NCBI GenBank assembly: GCA_907165135.1
Contig: OU015567.1
Location: 2,542,001-2,606,000, forward strand
Source of the DNA: Oikopleura dioica
Taxonomy: Eukaryota; Animalia; Chordata
Direction of reading: 5' to 3'
DNA: 64,000 nucleotides
Numbering within the stretch: the first letter of the stretch is position 1; the number at the start of each line of letters is the position of its first letter. Positions 37,143 through 46,439 of this stretch are shown here, piece after piece. The translations under genes were made by a program, and so were the position numbers. The notes beneath the pieces were generated by a model. The model was not told where the DNA came from, ran no database searches, and saw nothing but the letters and a program-made list of their open reading frames with translations.

Positions 37143-40100
37143 CCTATAAAATCCCAACCAATCAAAAAGCGAGAACTTCCTTCCGACTTATGGGTAGGCT
37201 TACCGGACTGAAATTCGGCCAATTTTTCTAGCTTACTAAGGGGGTCTTATGACACATATATTAAAAGCCCAAAAGCTGAGCTTTTATTTGAGCCCAAAAT
37301 CAAAGGGTCTGGGTTATGCCCGGAAGGCAATTTATGGGACCGGAAGTTCCAAAATAGGCACTAGAACTCTTCTATCGATTTTTTCGATGGGTTTGGGATC
37401 TCTAGAGCTTTGAAGAGTAGGTGAAATAGAAAGCGTAGACTCTGAGCTTTCTTTAGAGCCAATAAAATCTTGCCGCCCTTGGGTTAAGCGCCCTCTAGTG
37501 GCAAGAGAACTTGGGGATATGGGTATTTTTCAACAGAAACTCGAGGAAAAATGAAAAAAAACCTCCCGGGTCAACCGCGATTCAATTTTCTAAGACACAT
37601 TTATTGTTTATAGTTGTTTGAGAAACATAATAAGTAGGTTTAGATGTCGAAAATTTTGAGTCGAAACCTGAAGTTTTCAGAATAAAGCACTTTCGAAGTC
37701 AACTTCTAGGGCCAGAAGTGGGCGCTAGACCGACGGGCGGCAAAATTTTATTGGCTCTTAAGAAAGCTCAGAGTCTAAGCCTTCTATTTCACCTATTTTT
37801 CAAAGCTCTAGAGATCCCAAACCTATCGAAAAAATCGGTAGAAGAGTTCTTGTGCCGATTTTAGAACTTCCGGTCCCATAATTTGCCTTCCGGCCATGAC
37901 CGAGACCCCTTGATTTTGGGCTCAAATGAAAGCCCAGCTTCTGGGCTTTCTAAATATGTATCATATTACTCTCAAACTAAGCTAGAAAAATTGGCCAAAT
38001 TTTAGTCCGGTAAGCCTACTTATGGGGCACCCTAACAATCGCCTTTTCCTTCATCAACCTTGCCATTTCCTTCTGCCTGGTCAACCTCAACAACGCCCAA
38101 TCACAATCAGAAAGCAACAGTCCGACCCCAATTCACTCCGCCGCGGAGAAATATTACAAAATCCTTCTCGACGTGGTTTCCTGCGTTTTCGCTTTTTACA
38201 TGTATCTGAATCGCGCAACTCTCTGCGATAGAAGTCGCAGGCGGCGCGTTGATAACTTCAAGGTTAGCGACCTTGGCTAATCAGTGATCGCGACTTCCGT
38301 TAAACGTGACTTCTAGCTCAAGGCGCTGAATGTGCTTAGTTTTGGTGCGGTGACGAATAATCTTACTTGCTTGATTATTTTGATGCTGAACCAGGTAAGC
38401 CTCATTTAAGGGTATCTGAGCGTTAGAGTTAGAGTTAATGGTTACTCATTCTTTTAATTATTCAATAAACCATCAAAGTCAATTCTTCTCGTCAATAATA
38501 AGCAGAAAGAATTGGGGATTTGAAATGAAGCAATTCAGAGATCGGAAATTTCTAAGCAAAAATGAAAACCGCGGAATTGATAAAAATAGTACTTTGCGCA
38601 GCGATTTTGGATTCTGCGGTTTCATACCAATTTTACGAATTAACCAACTAAGCGAAATCGAATTTCGATTTTACCCAACCCACGTTTTGTAAAGAAAAAT
38701 AATCGTTTTTAGGATGAAGTGGAAGTTATTGACATCGTCATTCATTTTTCGGTAGCCGGTCATCAATTTTTAAAGAAATCAATTAGAATTTCTACGAAAG
38801 TGAAATTGGTTGATCAGCAGTTATGTCAAAATATCTCGTCTTGGTTGACTTGCTTTTTGCATAATCGAGCCACGAAAGTTTCTAATTAAAGCTAACGTAT
38901 TCTATCGCTTGCGGCGGAAATAGACATTTGATGACCGGAATCAGGACTTGCTTTTCTACCTCGTCATGGTTGCCTTTATGAATTTGATGAACAGGGAGAA
39001 TTGGGATTCTAGAATTAATTAACCTTGGATTTTTCGACTAAATGGACTTCATTTCCGAATTTGGGGGGAGGTGTCTGGAACCGACAAAAAAATTTTCGTG
39101 GAAATTTTCAACCAATCAGAAGCCTGTATTCGGCAAAACGGCCAATCAGCAGCCGAGTTGCCGCCCACGCAAAATTTGTCGAAATTTTTTTGTCGGTTCC
39201 AGACACCATCCCGAATTAGGGGGGGGGTTCCCGAATTGGGGGGGGTGTCTAGAATTTAGCAAATCAAGAATCCCCAATCAGAGTTTTCATGAAAACATAA
39301 AAGTACGTCTCATGATCGGCTGGATAATGGTCACTCTCGTCACTCAATGGTTCGTGATCTTTTTCGAGGCGAAAGAAGTTTGCGCCGATTTTTTGGTCCA
39401 AGGAGACTTGACAGACGAACAGTTCAAAACTCGACAGCGGTGGGTCAAGACACTCGAAGGTAAAAAAATTTCTTCGAAAATTTTTCCTGTTGAACAATCT
39501 GGCAAATCAAATCTCGGGCAGCTTTATTTTGGCCGGGCGTAATTCCAAAGACGCTCGCCCAAATTTGGGGCAGGGGTGCTAATGCAAATCCTTTCCAAAG
39601 AAAAAGAGTGTTCTTGGATTTGCTATTCTAGAGGCGGTAAAAATAAAGAATTAGAATCGGAACACCCGAACTTTTAAAAGGAACACTAGGAATGCCGCAT
39701 TCACGTTTATTTTCAGACGTGATGTATGTCATGAAAACAGAAGGAACTATTTTCATCTTTGAGTGGATGTTCGTGCTCAACGGTTCGTTCAAAATCTTCA
39801 CTCCAAATCCGGAATTCACGAAGTTCGAACAGAGTCATGAAAAACTGGGTGTTTCGGTGCCGCTATTCAGAAGATTTACTTGGCACTTGTTTTTTTCAGG
39901 GCTTCAATCGACCCGAATTGCTGTTATGGTTGTTCAAGGTAATTTCTTCGCGAAACAAAATGCTGAGGTTGAAAAATTATGAACGGAAAAATTATTTTTT
40001 CAGTGATCAAGAAAACGCGACTATGGGCATATTTGACGATGGGAATGTGTTTGTTGAACACTTATCTCGGCCTGGCCTGCATCGGGGTCATCGTGTACTA

Positions 40101-40197
40101 CGCGTTTACGCAGCCGGAAAAGGCGATCCGCAAACGCCGCTGTCACAACGACGAGGACGACGGACTCATGAACTTCAGGCACAAGCGGATAAACTGA
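37143..40197 (+). CDS. Multi-pass membrane protein of unknown family (3' part), interrupted by the hAT MITE
   Basis: Exons PIKSQPIKKRELPSDLW / GTLTIAFSFINLAISFCLV...DNFK, VRLMIGWIMVTLVTQWFVIFF...KTLE, DVMYVMKTEGTIFIFEW...EKLG, LQSTRIAVMVVQ, VIKKTRLWAYLTMGMCLL...HKRIN-stop. Confidence 0.5.
37195..38018. mobile_element. Non-autonomous hAT-type foldback MITE (824 bp)
   Basis: TIR TAGGCTTACCGGACT / AGTCCGGTAAGCCTA; 8-bp TSD CTTATGGG (37187-94 and 38019-26); imperfect inverted arms of about 300 bp; no ORF. Confidence 0.92.
39052..39254. mobile_element. Intronic foldback element with G-tract direct repeats (MITE-like)
   Basis: Perfect 26-bp IR 39070-95 / 39182-207 (GGTGTCTGGAACCGACAAAAAAATTT); three CCGAAT(T)-G-tract direct repeats; two CCAAT boxes 30 bp apart inside. 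Confidence 0.6.
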
Positions 40198-40704
40198 TAG
40201 TGATACCAAAGCCAAGCATTTTTGGCAATTTTTTCTTATCCAAAAAAACAGCTCGATTGCGGTTTATTTAAATATCTCCTACCACTTGATTGTTGGCGCG
40301 TACTACTCCATGTTCGCAACGGAAAAGGAACGCGAACAATGCGCGAATTTGATGACTGGCACTCCTCAGGTTCGTTTTCCCAAGAATTATTGACTCGTTA
40401 CTGTGCGAAAAAAAGGATGAAGGATTCGAACGAGCAAGCGAGAATTTTTACTCGACAGAGATGGCGTATGTGGAGAGAGTCAGGAGAAGTGAAGGAGGTG
40501 GAGAAGGCGAAAGTCAAGTTGCTCTTCTTGAAGCAAGGTAGGGCGTGTAGATATCAGATGAATCATATTATACCATATATATTATATTATATGATCATAT
40601 GATGCCTGAATTCAAATAAATATCTAAGAATTGTTCGAAAAACATTTGAAAATATGAAAGGGTGGAGGAATTCCTTGTTATGAATCAGCCATCACATCCA
40701 TGTC

Positions 40705-41076
40705 AAAAATGAGATCTCAAGAAATTTTCTGATTGAAATCTCAATTTTAATTTTGCAAAAAAAATGATATTTGAAATGCTGAGATCTCAATTTTCTCAAA
40801 TATCGACATGAATTAGATTCGCGCAATGCAATGAAATGAGATCTGAGATCTTGAGATCTCAAGCATTTCAGACCTATCTGAACCAATCACAAGTCTTTGA
40901 GATTTTTGAGATTTTGAGATCTCAGCAATCTCAGAAATATGGAAAAAATGACGAGGATGTTGCGAAAATCCTGAGATTTGAAATTTGCTTAGATGATGCG
41001 AAATTTTGAAATGGAAATGAGATTTCAGACAAAATATGATTTGAAATTTTTGGTGATTTCAAATTATCAAGTCCTG
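40705..41076. repeat. Cluster of palindromic GAGATCTC motifs, probably a decayed DNA-transposon end
   Basis: GAGATCTC at 40711, 40781, 40853 and 40916 plus many half sites; CAGGACTTGAT (minus strand) at 41066-76 resembles a single hAT-like terminus. Confidence 0.45.
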
Positions 41077-41199
41077 GTTATAATTTTACTCACTTGATCG
41101 AATACAACATACAAACAGGAAGTCATGGATAATCGCTGAGTTGTTTGTGAGAAAATATATATTGAATAAGAAATTTCGACTTCTTATGATTTTCTTTTT

Positions 41200-41900
41200 C
41201 TAGAAGAATTCGATTTAGAATTCTAACATACGCAACGCTGCCTGTATTTATCGAGAAAATATTTAGCGTGATTACTGGCAAAAGTCTCGTGCCACTTTTG
41301 ACCTGGCTTCCTAAATTGTGCAAATTTCATGACCCCGATTGACACATGATTGACACGTGAGAACGTCTCTTGCGCGAGAATCAGAAAATCAGCATTTTCT
41401 TTTAAGCTCGGCGGATGTCCTGGCTTTCGGGATTTTCTACGACTTCTACTACCTCGGCGAGCTGCTTCTCGTGACTCTGCAGACAATCATGATCATGTAC
41501 TTGCGCCGTTCGCGGCTGGTGATTGGAATTCCGAAACTCAAATTCTGGCTCTTTGGACTCATGTATTACAACTGCTCTGGTAAGGCCACTCCCTTTTTTA
41601 TTCTCTCTTAGAAATTCGTCCGAGCAAAAGATGGGCAAAAAGTTCACTAGAGGAAAGATCTCAGAAAAGCCCGATTTTTGAGTCAAAAACAATCCATTTA
41701 GAAAGAGTTGTTGAGATTCTCATTTTCAGATTGGATTTCAATTGCTTGGATCGCGGAAGAAAACCCTGGCATTAGGCCGATGGATGTCTGCGGCGATTTT
41801 CTATCCAAGGTAATCTTACACAACTCAGCAGAAATCAAAGTTGCTAGAATTCTCTCAATGGCGTTAGTTACGGCGTCAGAAATCGCGAACTTTTGACGCT
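41200..41900 (+). CDS. Probable multi-exon membrane protein, unknown
   Basis: Hydrophobic exons SADVLAFGIFYDFYYLGELLLVTLQTIMIMY...CS (GTAAG donor) and DWISIAWIAEENPG...LSK (GTAAT donor). Confidence 0.35.
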
Positions 41901-44036
41901 TTATGAAAATCATGATTTCAGGACTAATTAACCTTGAATGATTTTTCTCAGCCAAAATAAAATTATTAAGGGTGTGATTCATCTTCTGCTGACGGTTGTT
42001 TTATTCTACCGCTTCACCGCTTGGCGACTCCTCAATCGGTCCATCTGCAGAGCGGTAGACGAAGAAGACGAGGACTAAAGCTGCTGTTCTTCTTCACTTC
42101 CTAAAAGTTCCGATTTCAAATTCAAATCGATCAATCGCCGTTTCTCAAAAGAAATGAGTCGCGATCATCATCGGGTCATCCTTTTTATTGTATAAAAAAG
42201 TTCACCTTTCATGCTTCTCAAGTTCTACTTTTACAATCACTATTTTTCATCTCACTTTTGTGCATGAAGACATTTTTTGCCCTTTTACTGCCGACGAACA
42301 AAACAACCGTAATTCATGCTTCTTTCTTTTCAATAAAAAATTGCTGAAACCTCATTCTCGGAAAAAAAAGCAAACATGATGGGCGGTACCAAGGTAAGAA
42401 GCATAAAAAACCTGATAAGAGCGCTTTTTGCTCAAAACAAATCTTGTCATCTTCTGTTTTCTGGCTTATCTTGCTTTTCTTTCTCCTAATTCAGCCCTAA
42501 CAACACTCAAATTTCGGAGAATTGGGCCCGAGATAAAAATTTTTTTCAGTAAATAATTTTCGTCCGGAGTCTTTTCAAATTACTTGTTATTGTTTCAGGC
42601 TCTCAGCCTGCCGCTAAATATGACATTTGTCTCTTTAACTGACCTACAAGGCGTTGCAAATTAGCCAGATTCCTGATTAAATCCTCCGGATAAGTGAAGG
42701 AGAGCATAATCAATTGAGAACAAGAGCGCTTTCACACAAATGAATTTTTACCGTTTTAAACCTTCCATTTAATAAAAGAAGGGGGCTGGAAGTGGATTTA
42801 TAGACTGCGCATTTACGCATGAGGCTGGTAGTAACAGAAGACTGAAGAGATATCAGAAGAATATTCAACACGGAATTTAATTATTAACGACTCAGCATTT
42901 TTTCTCAAGGAATATAAAAAAGGTACTGTCGGGGTACAGATGTTTTCGAAAGAGGAGTTCTGTCAGGTTTTTCTGTAATTAGGCAAAATTGCTTTTAAAG
43001 ACGTATTTTTTTTAATTGAAAAGTCTGAGCTAATAGGGTGCGGGCTCTGTTGTTTATGGCGGCGCTGGGAAAGTGACAGTTACTTTTGTTAATGAATTCA
43101 TTTCGCCGCGAATGCGAAGGGCTCAATCTGTAGAAACTCGGGATAGCAAACTGACTGACTCGGCATTTATATTTTGGCTTTTTAGAAAAAGCGAGCCAAG
43201 AAGATTTTTTTAGAATACCGAAAGAGAAAGAACATGGCAATGTACGCAGCAGCTTCTTGCTCAAGCATTTGTTCAGGTAAAAGAAACCATAAAAAATAAA
43301 AAAGCATCATCGAAATATATTTTTTTCTTAATTTGAAGATGCGATAATAAAATTCAACTTTGGTGTATGACCAGTTTCATCGCAGTAAAAATCATTCATA
43401 ATCATTCATAATATTTCAAAATAGCACGATACGCGAGCACATCAGGCCAAAAGCTGCATTTGTCTGATAGACGAAAAGATGAATTTTTAATGGTTCAAGG
43501 TCAAACCGAAATGAGGATGAGTTCAAAAGCTTCGTTTGGCTCTTCTAGAGCTTTGATATTAGAAAATTGATCCGCTTACTATATTTTTTTCCCAAAAGAA
43601 ACTCAGAAAAGCATTGAGAGTTTGATGCCGGAAATCGAAGTCAGCGACAGAAGAATCAGGAAAATTTTCATCAGAGACACTTTCTGATTAACTTCAAAAA
43701 TGAGACGTCTTGAGGCGAAGCGGCAAATATATAAGTGTCAAGTCCGATAATTTCCCAAATGAGAAGAGGGTTTTTGAGAAGGTGAAACTCGCGTAACGAG
43801 TTTTGGACTCCCCAGACGTGCAACTCGATTATTTCCAAGCTTTAGTTTTGACTGTAACTACGTCTTAGAATCGTCTTTGAAAAGAGAAAATGGGTCGAGG
43901 GAAAATATTATATTTTGTGAAAATTTGCAAAAGCATGAAAAAGATTGGAACGAGGCTGAAGGACCAAATTCTTTGTCGAAAGTCGAAAAAGGCGAAGAAT
44001 CTCAGTAAAGGTAAGAGGATCTCATTCTTTGGTCAG

Positions 44037-44057
44037 GGGTTAGGGTTAGGGTTAGGG
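44037..44057 (+). repeat. Interstitial telomeric repeat GGG(TTAGGG)3
   Basis: GGGTTAGGGTTAGGGTTAGGG, 26 nt downstream of a GTAAG donor at 44011. Confidence 0.85.
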
Positions 44058-45135
44058 AGCTTCGGGTGACAGTTTACTTATGACTTTCTTAAGGGTATAC
44101 CTATTGGAAAAGCTTTGTTGTTCTCATGTTTTCCAAAAGCATTCCAAAAAGCTGCTCTATCCGCGAATTGCAACAGTCGCGTTAATTATGAGAACTCTTT
44201 ATAGAACCTCTTAAAATGCAATAAGCAAACCGGCTATCACTTGAAGTGAAAGTTTTAACTCTCACTTTGTTTTGCGAAATTTCCCGTTCCAGTTTATTCT
44301 TGAACTTTGTAAAGCAAGAAATTTGCTGTAATTATTCTTCAGAGAGCAATAGTCAAGCAATCGTGATTGAATTTGGAACGCCGCGGGAGCGCTCCTCGGC
44401 TCGTCTAAAATCAGCTCGGTAATGTTTCTAATTTGATTGTCCCCCTCCTCGTGAAAACTCGATTTCAGTCTCGAATTCGCCAAAGAAATGAATAAATCCC
44501 TCGCCGACGAATCAAGACTCGACGATTTGCTTGATGCTATTATTTTCGCTGAACAAGAAGTTTTGGTAAATAATTCACTGATAAGGGATCAGTTGGTTTC
44601 GGCCTCATTTCCTCCAAATTCAAGAGCCGAGGAGAGCTGTTCTTTTCAGTGAACTCTTCACCTTGCAAGTTTCAAATCACTAATTTTACTTCTTTTCAGC
44701 ATCACGAGCGCGAATCCTTCCGAAAATTTCTCATCGCCTCACGAACTCGACAATCTTCACTTCAAAGTGTGACCAAACAGGTGTCGTAATGCTTCAGAAG
44801 AATTTCAGAAAAAAGGCGAAAAATTCGGATGAGCGGAAGATCCTCCGAGTTTCGCGTCTCCGAGAATTTCGGGGATGTATTCTTCATATTTTCAAAGCAA
44901 GAACGTTAATTTTTCATTTTTCTTTTTTTCTAGCTCGACATTCCGAAAATACCCTCAAACAACCATCTTTGCGTCAATCAAAATGCACGATTACAATAAT
45001 TACTTTCAAAAGTTCGAGCTGAACTTACATTTACATAAAATGAAATGAATCAAATAATATTTATTTAAATTATTGCAGTAACCAAGAATATTGAATTATG
45101 AAGAATCAGAAAAAATATAAAAGGCAAAAATTGAT

Positions 45136-46098
45136 TCAGAAAATTTTCTTAATTTGATCAGCTGAAAACGCTTGTCGGCATTTTGGGCAAGTTTTCGGTT
45201 GAAGCATATTCAAGCACTGGAAGCAAAATGAATGACAGCAGCTTATAATGATGGAATGATGATGATCTTCGTTGTCATACTTTTCCAGGCATACTCCACA
45301 CGTCAAAGCATCTACTTCTTGAGGAGTAATCTTTCGAGCTTCAAAAATGGTTAAAGCAAATAAAAAATAATTATACAAATGAATTTAAAATTTACCGATC
45401 TCCAGTAGTTTGATTTCTTTTGCGTCCTCTCTCAGTTTCGTCAATTTTGTATTCAGATCTTTCGTTGTATTGACAAGGCGAGTTTGTTCCTCCCGCAAGT
45501 CGGATAATTTATCTTGCAGCCCCGATATCATTTCACAGAGCTCTTCGATTTCTTTCTTATTCTTCAATTCCTCGTCTGATGCTTTCTTTAATTTTGCTTC
45601 CGTATTTTTGAGATCCTCTTCAATAAGTTTGAGATTCTGCAGACGAGCAATCTCTTCATCAATCAGAGTCGAGGTCGAAATTAGTGTATCGTCTTCAATT
45701 GCTTCTTGATGATTGTGATTAAAGAATTCGTCGAAGGAAAGATCTTTGTCGCATAGTTTATGAGGACAAGAAAATTTGGCATTTTGAAAATATATATTAA
45801 CAAGTGTCAATTCTGTCTTTCCATCGCAAAGAAACCCACAGCATCCCATATTAAAACCGAGACAATTTCCTTGGATTTTCTCTTCAATGCACTTATCACA
45901 AATTCTTTTTTCGCAAACCCATCTTCTCCAGGTTCCAGATTCGGAATCTTCCACTGTTTTACGCCTGTACAATTTTTCCCTGATATGACTAGAATCCTCG
46001 TTAATAACCAGCAAGATACATTAATCATACTTGCAAAAATGGCAATAATAGCTTTTAGCCAACTGTCCTTTGAAATACTCCTTTGGAATCCCTCTCAT
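45136..46098 (-). CDS. RING-finger protein: N-terminal Cys-rich (RING/zinc-finger-like) region, coiled coil and C-terminal RING-HC
   Basis: C-terminal CGVC...CCHSFCFQC...CPKC; long E/K/L coiled coil; N-terminal YYCHFC, ICDKC, CPHKLC...HNH. Confidence 0.75.
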
Positions 46099-46439
46099 AT
46101 TTCTATTTTAGATCTCTTTCTTGAAATATTCTTGGCTTTTTCTACTGATGATTACGATTATGAGTGTTCTGTACTGAAACGATTCTGACTATTTGCTCTA
46201 TCTGACCAGACAAATTTTTATTGCCACCGCAGTTTACTGGCCTTGAACATTATAAAACGATTCATACTCGGAATTTTACAATATCGCAGATTAATTTTAT
46301 TCAAATCAGAATTTAAAGCTGGCAGTGAGCGCAAAAGAACTTGGAATGAATAGTTTTTAAAAATGTTTTCTAGAAATATACAGGCCCTTCCGAACTCTTG
46401 GCCGTTTTTTCACGAGCTCGACTTGTAAGATGTTCTCTT

